The position numbers and the translations under genes are program-made. Below are positions 25,729-38,335 of a stretch of 64,000 nt of DNA, piece by piece. This DNA is from Chiloscyllium plagiosum. Lineage: Eukaryota. The DNA lies in the NCBI RefSeq assembly GCF_004010195.1, contig NC_057717.1, positions 101,931,845 to 101,995,844 on the forward strand, given 5' to 3'. The notes under the pieces were generated by a model, which was given only the letters and a program-made list of their open reading frames with translations, ran no database searches and was not told the DNA's origin. How positions within the stretch are numbered: the first letter of the stretch is position 1; each line of letters opens with the position of its first letter.

Positions 25729-26077
25729 CTTGAGGTAAGTAAAAATTATAATTGGTGAACTGTAAACTGATGATCAATTATATCAAAAAATCACTTGTAT
25801 CCTTGTTTGTGGGAATTTTCATATTGCAAACAGTTTTAATTTGTCTTGGCATCTGCTACACATTGAAATGCTATATTTATTAGTGAACAATAACATCCTG
25901 CATTTACGTAGCACCTTTAACATGATTTAAATAAAATCCAAGACAGTTCATAGGATAACTATCTAATTGGAGTCCACATTAGGCCAGATGACCAAAAGCT
26001 TTTGATCATAAGATATGGGTGTTAAAGTGTGTCTTAAAATAGGTTTATAGAGATTTAGTGAGGTTATTTAGTGATTA

Positions 26078-27524
26078 TTCTGCCTGGTGGACAGTGTTGA
26101 GTGGGTCCCGCAGGGCTCTGTTCTTGGGCTTCTGCTCTTTGTAGTTTTTATAAATGACTTGGATGAGGAGTTTGAGGGGTGGGTTAGTAAATTTGCAGAT
26201 GGAAATGTGTTGCTGGAAAAGCGCAGCAGGTCAGGCAGCATCTAGGGAACAGGAGAATCGACGTTTCGGGCATTAGCCCTTCTTCAGGAATTTAATCCGA
26301 ATGTAAAATAAAATAACTTAACCTACACACCCCTCAACTCACTGCTGTCCATGTGCATGTCCAGCGGTCGCCTAAATGTCCCCAATGACTCTGCTTCCAC
26401 CACCACAGCTGGCAACGCATTCCATGCATTCACAGCTCTCTGCATAAAGAACCTACCTCTGACGTCTCCTTTATACCTTCCTCCTGAAGAAGGGCTAATG
26501 CCCGAAACGTCGATTCTCCTGTTCCCTAGATGCTGCCTGACCTGCTGCGCTTTTCCAGCAACACATTTCCATCTCTGATCTCCAGCATCTGCAGACCTCA
26601 CTTTCTCCTCCTAGTAAATTTGCAGATGACACAAAGGTTGGAGGTGTCATCAATAGTATAGAGGGCTACTGCAGGCTGCAGTGTGACATAGACAGGATGC
26701 AGAGCTAGGCTGAGAAATGGCAGATGGAGTTCAACCTGGATAAATGCGAAGTGATGCATTTTGTAAGGTCGAACTCAAATGCTGAATAAAGGATTAAAGA
26801 CAGGATTCTTGGCAGTGTGGAGGAGCAGAGGGATTTGGGTGTGCAAGTACACAGATCCCTCAAAGTTACCATCCAAATGGGTAGGGTTGTTAAGAAAGCA
26901 TATGGTGTTTTGGCTTTCATTAACAGAGGGATCGAGTTTAAGAGCCATGAGGTTTTGCTGCAGCTCTACAATCCCTGGTGAGACCACACTTGGAATATTG
27001 TGTCCAGTTCTGGTCGCCCTACTGTAGGAAAGATTCAGAGGCTTTGGAGAGGGTGCAAAGAAGGTTTACCAGGATGCTGCCTGGACTGGAGGGCTTGCCT
27101 TATGATGAAAGGTTAAATAAGCTTGGACTTTTCTCTCTGGAGAGAAGGAGGAAGAGAGGAGACCTGATCGAGGTGTACAAAATAATGAGAGGAATAGATA
27201 GAGTCAACAGCCAGAGACTTTTCCCCAGGGCAGGATCGACTGGTACGAGAAGTCATAGTTTGAAGATATTAGGAGGAAGGTATAAAGGAGACGTCAGAGG
27301 TAGGTTCTTTATGCAGAGAGTTGTGAATGCATGGAATGCGTTGCCAGCTGTGGTGGTGGAAGCAGAGTCATTGGGGACATTTAAGCGACTGCTGGACATG
27401 CACATGGACAGCAGTGAGTTGAGGGGTGTGTAGGTTAAGTTATTTTATTTTACATTCGGATTAAATCTCGGCACAACATCGTGGGCCAAAGGGCCTGTTC
27501 TGTGGTGTACTTTTCTATGTTCTA
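26078..27524 (+). mobile_element. Young CR1-type LINE 3' portion interrupted by a complex insertion (26202-26611)
   Basis: ORF 26978-27433 is an intact CR1 C-terminus; RT motif FADD duplicated around the insertion. Confidence 0.9.
26198..26611. mobile_element. Family-1 inverted pair enclosing an inverted copy of the host CR1 tail
   Basis: Hammerhead cores at about 26257-26291 (-) and 26484-26511 (+); 17-bp duplication tagtaaatttgcagatg at 26185-26201 and 26612-26628. Confidence 0.8.
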
Positions 27525-28237
27525 TTCCAGAGAGTAGGTCTCGGGCCAGCTGAGAGAATAATGGTGGAAGTGATTTAAAATCATGGCTGAAGAGTTTCGA
27601 ATTGGAAGAATACCAATGCTTTTTGGGGGTGGGGTGGGTTTGCTCAAGGAAATGACAAAGGCAGGAGGCAAGATGAATCAAAGATGACCCTTTTTTCCCC
27701 CTTTTTTGATACATCTTTTGTAAGTGTTTGCTTCAGTTTTAGTCAAGGTGCAGAATAGAGACCAGTTAACTCAGTTGCCTGGTATGTGCTTCAGAGTAAT
27801 GCAAGTTCAACTCTTGTTCTAGCTGAGTTAGACTTGGGACCTGCTTCCCCCTCCCACTCTGAGTGGTAAACATTGACAAACAACTCAGGCCGGATTCGAA
27901 ATATTAACTCTGTTTTGTTTTCTCCACAGATGCTGCCAGATTTACTGAATTCCTCCAGCATTTTCTGTTTTTGCTCCACAAACAAAAAGCTGTCACTTAA
28001 CCACATCAGGATGAAGCATTGGCAGGTAGTGAAGCAGTGAGGCAGAAAGCTCATGGGACGGAATGGACAGGTACAAAATGGATGCACGCTACTCCTTGTT
28101 CCTAATGACTGAAGGAAAAGCAAAAGTCATCCATTGATCATCACTTGCATATCAATGTGTTTATCCAGTTTCTCTGAGGCAGTAGGGATTTGCTGCCCAG
28201 ACATTAAATGACACCTGCTTGGTCTTCCATCCCATGT

Positions 28238-28510
28238 GGGGTGGCACGGTGGCTCAGTGGTTAGCACCGCTACCTCACTGCGCCAGGGACCTGGGTTCGA
28301 TTCCAGTCTCAGGTGACTGTCTGTGTGGGGTTTGCATGTTCTCCTTGTGTCTGTGTGGGTTTCCTCCCACAATCCAAAGATGTGCAGGTTAGGGTGAATT
28401 GGCCATGTTAAATTGCCCATAGTGTTCAGGAATGTGTAGGTTAAGTGCATTAGTCAGGGTTAAATCTAGGGTGGGGAATTGGTCTGGGTGGGTTACCCTT
28501 CAGACAGTCT
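28238..28510 (+). mobile_element. HE1-type SINE
   Basis: Match to other HE1 copies. Confidence 0.8.
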
Positions 28511-28519
28511 GTGTCTGAG

Positions 28520-28940
28520 ATGGTCCGAGGGTGACAGGACCATCATTATAGCCTTGGTTCAAATATGGTCAAAACTAAATTCCAGAGGAGAGTGGAGAGG
28601 GACAGCCCTTGACATGAAGGCTGCATTTGACTGAGTGTGGCAACAAAGAGCCTGAGCAAAACTGGAATCAATGGATATCAGGGAGCTAACTCTGCAGTGT
28701 TTGGAGTCATACATGACACAAAGGAAGATGGTTGTGGTTGTTGGAGGTCAATCCGCTCAGCTCCAGGACATCTCCGCAGGAGTTCCCCAGGGTGGTGTCC
28801 TTTGGCAAATCATCTTCAGCTGCTTCAGCAATGATCCTCCCTCCATCACAAGGACAGAATTGGGGAAGTTCACGGATGGTTTTGCAATGTCCAGCCCCAT
28901 TCGCGCCAATTCAGATACTGAAACAGTCCATGTTCAAATA
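28520..28940 (+). mobile_element. L2/CR1-clade RT fragment
   Basis: QRKMVVVVGGQS..QDISAGVPQGGVL..IIFSCFSND. Confidence 0.75.
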
Positions 28941-29269
28941 CACCCTCAGGTAAAAGGAGAGTCTCTCACAGTATCCTCTGCCAGTGCAGGAAGTGAACCA
29001 CAATGTTGGTGACACTCTGCATAGCAAACCAGCCATCCAAACAACTGAGCTAACCAACCTCCATGAAGGAATGTTTGCATAAAGTGGTTGCATAGTTTTC
29101 TTCTATTTGTGGTGTAAGTAGAGAACCATTTAATATAAATTAACAAATACCAATATTGAAATAGTCAGCAGAAGAGTGTCTCAAGAAAGCTTGAAGCTAC
29201 CATTTGCTTATTATGTCTTTGGTAATTTTTATATTGTGTAATTTGAGTTTATGGTTTAAGGGGATGTGG

Positions 29270-29606
29270 GGGCAATAGTGGTATTTCCAATGGACTGGTA
29301 TTCCAGAACCTTTTGCTGAGATGTTCTGGGACTAGGGTTCAAATCTCACCACAGTCTGAATTTGAATTCTATAATTATTTGGACTTAAAAGTCTATGGCA
29401 ACTATGTGACTATTGTTCATTGTCATAAAAACCCAAGTGGTTCACTAATGCCTTGAAGGGAAGTAGATTTGGTGTCCTTCCATGTGACTCTGGACCTACC
29501 CATGTGACTACTCTCTGAAATGGTCTGGCAAGCCACTCAGTACAAGGGAAATTGGGGATGGATAATACAGGCTGGCCTTGGCAATGATACCTACATTCCA
29601 TGAATG
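29270..29606 (+). mobile_element. Old SINE with L2-like tail (DeuSINE-like)
   Basis: Related segments at about 1495-1610, 37505-37760, 38110-38330 and 38685-38790. Confidence 0.55.
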
Positions 29607-29640
29607 ACTAACTATTAAAAAAAAATTCAGAACAGCTTAC

Positions 29641-29824
29641 CTCAGCAATTGTATCCGGAGTCTGTCCCATTGTAGCAAAAATGTCACGTGAAGCAGGTAG
29701 GTAGACATTTTTAAAAAACTGGACTGTCTCTGAGTCTGTTCCTGGGAATGTAGAATGTGACACCTCATCCATGAGCTTCATTTCAAATTCGGTGTTTACT
29801 GGACCAGGTTCTATCATTGAAACA
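29641..29824 (-). CDS. rdh8: Retinol dehydrogenase 8, exon 5
   Basis: (Y)VSMIEPGPVNTEFEMKLMDEVSHSTFPGTDSETVQFFKNVYLPASRDIFATMGQTPDTIAE; 184 bp, tag/gtaag. Confidence 0.94.
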
Positions 29825-30472
29825 CTATAGAGAGCAGTAAAATACATTTGATAATACAGAATTTGGGTGTTCTTTAACAGATCATATGTTTCCAGGGATT
29901 GGGGAAGGAGCTCTAGGGACTCTACTTCATACAGAGCTCTGTTGACAGTAGAGAAAGGAAACATCGATGTTGTGAGGAGATATACAGCATGATGGGGTCA
30001 AAATGCATTGCATGGTGGAATTTTGGAAATGCAGAGATGGGAAGAGGTTAGGGACTGGGCAAACTCTTCCCTAATAGGAGAATCCACGCCATTAACTCAA
30101 TTAGGAAGTAGTTTATAGTTCATAGACTTATTCCGCTGATTGGACTGACTTAAAACTTTCATTCGTACGGTATTTAGATTTTTTTGTTCTTTAAGTTCCT
30201 TTTATCTGTTATATCTGGATTAATGTCTACAAATGGGAGATGTCCCAGGGTAACAGCAAACCTGTAAGCACCAAGAGATGGTGTAGGCTTAATTGTGCCT
30301 CTCTCTTATGTCTCAAATTTCAGAACTCACTGTCTGTCTGCAAGACTAATCTGCATCGAATTTTCTTTTGAAGATAAAAATGTGCATAACTATCCTTAAC
30401 CTGGTCACTCCCTCATCTTGTTGCAAACCAGGCTGGGTTTGTCGGTGTACCCCTGTAAATATATTTACTTAC

Positions 30473-30566
30473 TATATATTGAACTTAAGAAGCTGGACTG
30501 CAAGACTTTCACAAAATCCTTCCATGGCAAACTTAGAGGCCGCATAGACATCATTGAATATAACAC
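30473..30566 (-). CDS. rdh8: Retinol dehydrogenase 8, exon 4
   Basis: (G)[30 protein letters not shown]; catalytic YxxxK; 94 bp, cag/gtaag. Confidence 0.95.
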
Positions 30567-31245
30567 CTGAGCAAAAGAAAGCATCATGTTTTGAGAATTA
30601 GATTCTTGTTTTTGTGTATATTCCAGCATCCACAATTAAAGTTTTCTGTTGCTCCTAAATGATTAGTCAAGTTCAGTTTCTGGTCAGTGGTAATCCCCAG
30701 GATGTTGATGGTGGGGGATTCAGTGATGCTAACGCTGTTGAACATCATGGGTAATGGATAGATTGTCTATTATTGGAGATGGTCATTTATTAGTGTCCTT
30801 TGCCATCTTTTATTCTATACATGTTGATTCCAATTTTGTCTTGTTAATAGCTAAGTCCTTTTCTCCTATTGCTGTTGTCACTCTGATAGTTAAAGGTAGT
30901 CTACCTCTCGTTAGATCCCACTGTTGTTTCTAATTTATACTGCAACATTAAATTTCCAGTCTAGAAGGGTCCACTTTTATTTTGCTTCATTAGAATTTGC
31001 TGACTAATTATTAGTAGTTTACATAGATCCTCAACCGAGCATATTGTTTCTATTCAGCCATAATTTACTTCAGCTGTATCAACAAGAAAAATGCTGATAA
31101 TTCTACCGCATCCTTCTTTGACATTGATAATTCCTCAGGCTAATGTGAGACAGTCTTCTTTTCTAATCCTTTACTGATAAAGTCATACTGGGTTTAGCTC
31201 AGCTAATCATTTTATTGTTAGCTTTAAGTTGGCTCTAACTTAGGA

Positions 31246-31644
31246 GTGTCATGGTGGCTCAGTGGTTAGCATTGCTACCTCACCATGCGAGAGACCCAGG
31301 TTCAATTCCCATCTCGGGTGACTGTCTGTGTGGAGTTTGCACATTCTCCCCGTGTCTGTGTGGGTTTCCTTCAGATACTCTGGTTTCCTCCCATAGTCCA
31401 AAAATGATCCGGTTAGGTGAATTGGCCATGCTAAATTGCCCTGTAGTGTTAGGTGAAGGGGTAAATGTAGAGGAATGGGTCTGGGTGGGTTGTTCTTCGG
31501 AGGGTCAGGTTGGGATGAAGGGTCTGTTTCCACACTGTAAGTAATCTAATCTAAATGTAGGTTGAGGGAATGGGTCTGAGAGGGATACTCTTTGGAGGGT
31601 CAGGTTGGAATGAAGGGCCTGTTTCCACACTGTAGGAATTCTAA
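31246..31644 (+). mobile_element. HE1-type SINE with duplicated tail
   Basis: Tail ggaatgggtctg...tttccacactgta occurs twice (about 31472-31540 and 31567-31634). Confidence 0.85.
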
Positions 31645-32248
31645 TTCGAATTACTAGGATCGATGTGGGAGCTCCAAGAGGGCTCGTCCACCCTCAGTTG
31701 ATCTATTTTGCGATGTATTCTGACTTTGGAAATAAAAGTGAGCAGAGGATGCGTTAACACGTTTAAAATTACAATTTCAAGGCATTGAAAGATTTGCAAG
31801 ATAATCACAAGAATAAAATACAGTATTACAATTCTTCGATGACATGATAATGCTCAGATCGCACATGGAAAGGCAGAGATGTTGCAATTCTATAATATTG
31901 CCCCAAGATTCCCTGGTTTCCACAATATTGATGGCATACCTTTTACTCCCCTCATCCCGGAAGCACGAAGATACAGGATTTGGGATTGGACCTTAATGGT
32001 GCCTTCTCTGAATCTTCTCCGGGGAAATTTTGTTTAGGTAGTTACATGTATAGGTTGCAAACAGATTCGTGTAGATTTGAGAGCCACCTTGCTGAAAGGT
32101 CGCGGAGATCTAAACATTTTGATCTTTGAGTCTAATTAATTTTCTGGCTGATATTCCTAAATAAAACAATAACCCCACACACCATCCTGACTTAGACATG
32201 TATCACTGTTCCTTTAGTGTCGCCGGCTTAAAATCCAGGAACTAACTG

Positions 32249-32547
32249 TGGGTGGCACGGTGGCACAGTGGTTAGCACTGCTGCCTCACAGCGCCAAAGA
32301 CTCGGGTTCAATTCCCGCTTCAGGTGACTGACTGTGTGGAGTTTGCACATTCTCCCTGTGTCTGCGTAGGTTTCCTCCGGGTGCTCCGGTTTCCTCCCAC
32401 AGTCCAAAAATGTGCAGGTTATGTGAATTGGCCATGCTAAATTGCCCGTAGTGTTAGGTGAAGGGGTAAATGTAGGGGAATGGGTCTGGGTGGATTGCGC
32501 TTTGGCGGGTCGGTGTGGACTTGTTGGGCCGAATCTAGCTAATCTAA
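32249..32547 (+). mobile_element. HE1-type SINE
   Basis: Near-consensus copy. Confidence 0.88.
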
Positions 32548-32624
32548 CTCCCTAAGGGCATTGTGAGTGTACCCCACAGCACTTGGACCACAGTGGTTTA
32601 AAAAGGTAGTTCACTACCATCTGT

Positions 32625-32844
32625 GGGCGGCACGGTGGCACAGTGGTTAGCACTGCTGCCCCACAGCGCCAGAGACCCGGGTTCAATTCCTGCCTCAGGC
32701 GACTCTCTGTGTGGATTGCCCGTAGTGTTAGGTGAAGGGGTAAATGTAGGAGAATGGGTCTGGGTGGGTTACGCTTCGGCGGGTCGGTGTGGACTTGTTG
32801 GGCCTAAGGGCCTGTTTCCACACTGTAAGTAATCTAATCTAATC
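32625..32844 (+). mobile_element. HE1-type SINE with internal deletion
   Basis: Head joined directly to the tail at tgtgga|ttgcccgtag; (aatct)n end. Confidence 0.85.
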
Positions 32845-33279
32845 TTCAACAACTCTGACTCTTCTCACGGTCATCCAGGGATGAACAGTAAGTGCTGGCT
32901 GAGCCAGTGACACTCATGTCCCACAATTGAATTTAAAAAAAATTAGGGATTGGCCATTAATGCTGGAGAATCAAAAAGGGACAAAATATTTATTCAGTTT
33001 TTACACTAATCTCTGGCAACTGCACCTCGTTCATTTCCTAATGACCTTGACTTTGACCACCATTGTAAGTCTCACCAAAGTTTATTTCTAATATGGAAAC
33101 ATAGAAGGTAAGAGCACCTTGCGGAAAGCATGTTGTTTTGCTATAGCAGAAAGCAACGGAGTACAGCTATTTTAATTCTGAAACTAAAATCGGCATAGAT
33201 AACCCATATTTTCTTCAGAATATTCAGTATACTATGTAATAAAAATTATTTAGGAATTGAACTGAAGGTGTTGTGGTAC

Positions 33280-33459
33280 CTTGTAGTCCCATCACACTGC
33301 TCATCATAACAATATGCCCACTCCTTCTCCTCTTCATATCTGGCAGCACGGCCTTGATCATCCGAACAGCTCCAAAAAAGTTTGTGTCAAATATACTCTT
33401 CATTTCCTGGATGCTGAGACTTTCTATTGGGCCAATCTTTCCAATACCTGCATTATTAA
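33280..33459 (-). CDS. rdh8: Retinol dehydrogenase 8, exon 3
   Basis: (V)NNAGIGKIGPIESLSIQEMKSIFDTNFFGAVRMIKAVLPDMKRRRSGHIVMMSSVMGLQ; NNAG motif and catalytic Ser region; 180 bp, cag/gtac. Confidence 0.94.
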
Positions 33460-33549
33460 CTGGGCAAATTTATAAGACATAAAAAAAGGCTTTGAAATGG
33501 TCAGTATTATCATAAAGGGTAAATGCACATCCATTAGAGCAAACAGACG

Positions 33550-34320
33550 AATGGTTCCTCTGAATGATTTCAGATGATGTCACATGTGCACCACACAACT
33601 GCTAGGTAATGACCATTTCCAAGAATAGAGAACTTAATCACCATTCCTTGACATACAATGGCATTACCATCATTGAATCCCCCATTAAAGATATCCTGGG
33701 GGTGTATTATCTCAACTGGACTTGCCATGTAAACACAATGGTTACAAGAGTAGGTTAGACGTTAGGAATCCTGCAGTGAGTAACTTATCTCCTGACATCC
33801 CAAAGCCTGTCCACCATCCAGAAGGCACAAGTCAGGAGTTTGATGGAATATTCCCTGCTTGCCTGGACGGATGTAGCTCCAACAACGCTGAAGATGCTCG
33901 AAACCAGCCAGGACAAAGCAGCTCATTGGTTGACACTGCATCAACAAAAATCCAGTCCCTTCACCACTGACACTCAGTAGCAGCAGTATCTACCATCGAC
34001 AAGATGCACTGCAGAAATTCACCATAGTTCAGTAACATCAAACACAACCACTTCTGTCTAGAAGAACAAGGGCAGCAGATACATGGGAACACCACTACTT
34101 GCAAGTTCTCCTCCAAGCCACTCACCATCCTGACTTGGCAATATATTGTCGTTCCTTAACTGTTGCTGGGTCAAAATCCTGGAACTCCCTTTCTAATAGG
34201 CAATGTTGGTATACCCACAGCGTATGGACTGCAGTGATTCAGGAAGGCAGCTCACAATTAGGGCCTGGCAATAAATGCTGGCCCAGCTAGGAACATCCAT
34301 GTCCTACAAGTGACTTAAAA
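33550..34320 (+). mobile_element. L2-like LINE 3' fragment
   Basis: Degenerate C-terminal region and ggcaataaatgctggcccag tail; related pieces at 39280-39740. Confidence 0.65.
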
Positions 34321-34654
34321 AACGTATAGCCCTTCTTCAATACTGCATAGGGAGGGTCAGTTTATATTGTGTTCAAGATCTCGATAATATCAAGGCAAAT
34401 TCTGAGATTGGAATCCATGGTTTGCAATAAAAGGACATGCTTGTGATGGATTTGGCATAAATGGGTCTATGGCATTGGCGTGAGCCAATTGGCTGAAGGC
34501 AGTTGGGGTCTAGCTCAGCCACATACTGAAGCGAGCAGCGAGCAGGGTACAGAGGTTGGGTGTAGGAATGAAGATTTTTTAAAAATGTTGATTGTTACTG
34601 CTTTAGTTATTTTAAAAGAGTTGATCAATGGACTGGCACAACAGTAATACTAGG

Positions 34655-34937
34655 GTGTAGGTTTGCTCGCTGAGCTGTAGGTTTGATATCCAGACGTTTC
34701 ATTACCTGGCTAGGTAATATTATCAGTGAAGACCTCCAAGTGAAGCGAAGCTGTTTTGTTCTGCTTTCTATTTATATCTTTCTCCTGGATGGGGTTCCTG
34801 GGGTTTGTGGTGATGTCATTTCCTGTTCGTTTTCTGAGGGGTTGATAGACGGCATATAGATCTATGCGCTTGTTTATGGTGCTGTGGTTGGAGTGCCAGG
34901 CCTCTAGGAATTCTCTGGCATGTCTTTGCTTAGCCTG
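34655..34937 (-). mobile_element. Penelope-like element 3' end: GIY-YIG C-terminus plus family-3 terminal repeat
   Basis: QAKQRHAREFLEAWHSNHSTINKRIDLYAVYQPLR resembles the PLE GIY-YIG C-terminus; followed by tca-CTGATAA-T-ATTACCT-AGCC-AGGTAAT-GAAA-CGTC-tgg. Confidence 0.72.
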
Positions 34938-35392
34938 TAATGCTAATGATTCAGATAAAAATGATTCTGAGAACATCCATGCCATCAAGACTCCATGAAT
35001 GGAACTGATGGAATTTATATTAGTCAACATTTTTGGTGAAGACGATTCCCTTGAAACCTGGGTTGGGAGGGAGGGAGCTGCTGTCAGGTGAGAATGACTA
35101 ATGAAGTGTTTGCATTTCTGACTGAGAAACGTTCAGAGCTTTTTTGGTTGAAATGAGTTCAATCTTTCCAAGTGACTGCCGAATCGATTCATGTGGAGAA
35201 AGTGAGGACTGCAGATGCTGGAGATCAGAGTCGAGACTGGAAAAGCACAGCCGGTCAGGCAGCGTCCGAGGAGCAGGAGAATCGAAACGTCAATTCATGT
35301 TATCAATCTTTGTTATATTTGTTGTTTTATGTGGAGGGTACAGTTTATATTGACTGTTAATTTGTGTTTGATTTGATTGTTTCTGCTCTGAC

Positions 35393-35620
35393 TGTAACAA
35401 GATCAGCCAGCTGGACATCATAAGATCTGAGGTCCCTGATTGGAGCGATTAATTTGGTCCAATTAGGGAACCCTGGTTGACATATCGAAAGGGTGACACT
35501 TTCAAAGTAACTGACACTCTGGAGCCTGACTCTGAATGAGGCAATACTATAGTCAAGGACAATTATGTGTCAATAATGGGTGACTTGGTGATGGGATCCA
35601 ACCTCTGTGGATTTATTTCA
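35393..35620 (+). mobile_element. Possible short solo LTR
   Basis: TGTAAC...TTTCA termini; no TSD seen. Confidence 0.35.
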
Positions 35621-36118
35621 CTTTCATTAAAATGTATTATACGTGAAACTTTGTCTCATTGCGTGAATTTGACCACTTTGCTTCCTTTTGTTCATTGATC
35701 TCCACACGGATCACACGAAATTGGAGTTTAGCCAAGAATGATCTGAGTTAGGCTTTGAAAAGAGTCTTTTGGAGCTTTCCAGAATTTGTATGAATGGTAT
35801 TTTGCAGTTATTTCTGCTGTATTTATTGGGGAATTAACAGGAATATCTTTAATGGCTCAGTACTTTGTAAAGAGTGAAGATTTTCATCTTACAGAATCAT
35901 AGAGGTGTACAGCACAGAAAAAAGGTCGTTCAGCCCATCAAGTCTGTGCAACCCAAAAGCAACCCAATAGAGTATTCTCATCCCATTTTCCAACAGTAGG
36001 CCCCAAGCCTTGTAGTCGCAAATACACGTCTAAATACTTCCTCAATGCTAAGTGGGTCTCTGCCTCTTACAGGCAGTGGGTTCCAGATTCCAAAAACCCT
36101 CTGAGTGAAAAGATATTT

Positions 36119-37060
36119 CCTCATATTCCCTGTAGCTTCCTGTCCCTTATCTTAGATACCTCTGAGGGGTTTGAATAACTAATCAAAGATAATTTTGCAG
36201 AGAAAATCAGGACCTAAGAAAGTAGGTTGTTAAAGAGTTGGCTGGGTATCTGAAGTTAAAGAAAGAAGCAGAATTTTCCATGCAGACATTAACCTCTGGT
36301 GATGAATGTGTTGAATGGATTCATATCTGCCAACACATGGGGTGAGTTATCTCGCACTATCATTTGGTTTTCAGTGCATTATTTCGGGAGGTGCAATGTG
36401 TGTGAGTTACTTGGCATATTGTGTGGCAGGTCGGCTGGACATTTGTGCTTGCACCTCTGGGATTGTCTTTAGTTTGAAAGGCAGTGTATTTAAAGGAAAT
36501 TAGGACATCACTTCAGATGCTGCAGGCTCAGAGCTTCTCCATCAGCCTGTGATGATAAATGTCATGAGAACAGAAATGCTTCCTCAAATTCCTCATATTC
36601 CCTGTAGCTTCCTGTCCCTTATCTTAGATATCTCTTTGGGGTTTGAATAACTAATCAAAGATAATTTTGCAGAGAAAATCAGGATCTAAGAAAGTAGGTC
36701 GTTAAAGAGTTGGCTGGGTATCTGAAGTTAAAGAAAGAAGCAGAATTTTCCATGCAGAAATTAACCTCTGGTGATGAATGTGTTGAATGGATTCATATCT
36801 GCCAACATATGGGGTGAGTTATCTCGCACTATCATTTGGTTTTCAGTGCATTATTTCGGGAGGTGCAATGTGTCTGAGTTACTTGGCATATTGTGTGGCA
36901 GGTCGGCTGGACGTTTGTGCTTGCACCTCTGGGATTGTCTTTAGTTTGAAAGGCAGTGTATTTAAAGGAAATTAGGACATCACTTCAGATGCTGCAGGCT
37001 CAGAGCTTCTCCATCAGCCTGTGATGATAAATGTCATGAGAACAGAAATGCTTCCTCAAA
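36119..37060. repeat. 472-bp tandem duplication (2 copies) in rdh8 intron 2
   Basis: 36119-36590 vs 36591-37060, near-identical; twin ORFs at 36315 and 36787 are offset by 472. Confidence 0.95.
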
Positions 37061-38335
37061 GCATTTGGGGGTTGCTGCCTGGTTCACTGATTGTGTCCTC
37101 TACATCCTGCTGGACTGGGAAGAATGGGGACCAGGTCCATTACCTTCCAATCTGGCTGCATCTAAAGGACAGAGCCATCAGCCCAAGCATGGATAGTAGC
37201 CCAGCTCAGTGCTATTGGTCCCCCACTGAAGGGATGGCAAGCAGCGTCGCATCATGCCAATGATGTGCTGACATTTGCAAAGGTAAGTGGCACTATTTTC
37301 TCTTTGTGATCTCTCATTTAGTTGAACAGTGGAGCTCACTAAAGGTTGGTGGACTGTAAACTTCAGTATCACATCCCTGGTGCTAATTACCAGGCTTACA
37401 GCCACCTTATCCTCTCAAACTATGAACTACCTTCCTGCACTCTGCACTTCACACTCACTCACTGAGGATGCCTCACCTCTTTGTATGGCTGTGCAGTCTG
37501 TAAGGGGAGGCGATGGCACAGTGGTATTGTCGTTGGACCTAGTGATCCAGACCACACTGGGGACCCATATCTCACGATGATGGAATTTGACTTTTACAAA
37601 AAAAAAGTCTGAAATTGAGAACCTGAAAGTCTGAATTGATGATAAAACCAACATGGTTCACGACATTAAGGAAAACTGCTGTCCTTCCCTGGTCTTGCTG
37701 TTGTGTGACTCCAGCTATTATATGGTTGAGTCTTAATTGCCTTCTCAAATGGTCTGGTTATATCAAACTTTGAAAAGGTCTCAAAAAAAAAAGACAACAA
37801 ATTCAGCCATGTTTACCCTGCAAAGTCCTTCTTACCAACATCTACGGAGCTATCTCATAGACTAATCGAGCAACAGCCTGACAGTCATACTCTCAGGATC
37901 ATACTTTACAGTTCATGACATCTCACTGCTTGCAGGTGGGATAGACCTAGCAGCGGAGGTGGCACAGAGGTATACAATCCAGAAGGAGTTACCCAGGAAT
38001 CTTCAATATTGACTCTGGACTCCATGATGTCTCATGGCATCAGGTCAAACATGAGCAAGGGAGCCTCTTGCTGATTAGCATGTACCACCCCAGCTGATGA
38101 TGAAGGAGACCGCCTACTAGTATTATCACTTGACTCTTAATTCAGAGACTCAGGTAATGCTCTGAGGGCCTGGGTTTGAATCCCACCATAGCAGACATTG
38201 GAATTTAAATTCAATTAAAATCTGGTATTAACAGTCTAATGATGAGCACGAATCCATTGTTGATTGTTGGAAAAACCCATCTGGTTCCCTAATGTCCTTT
38301 TCACAAATGAAATTACCATTTTTACCAGGTTTGTG

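Noticed and set aside
32249-32330. tRNA-like sequences with A/B boxes
   Set aside because: They are SINE heads continuing into SINE bodies, not free-standing tRNA genes.
36315-36975. Twin 62-aa ORFs (MDSYLPT...)
   Set aside because: Produced by the 472-bp duplication; antisense intronic, with no recognisable homology or splice structure.
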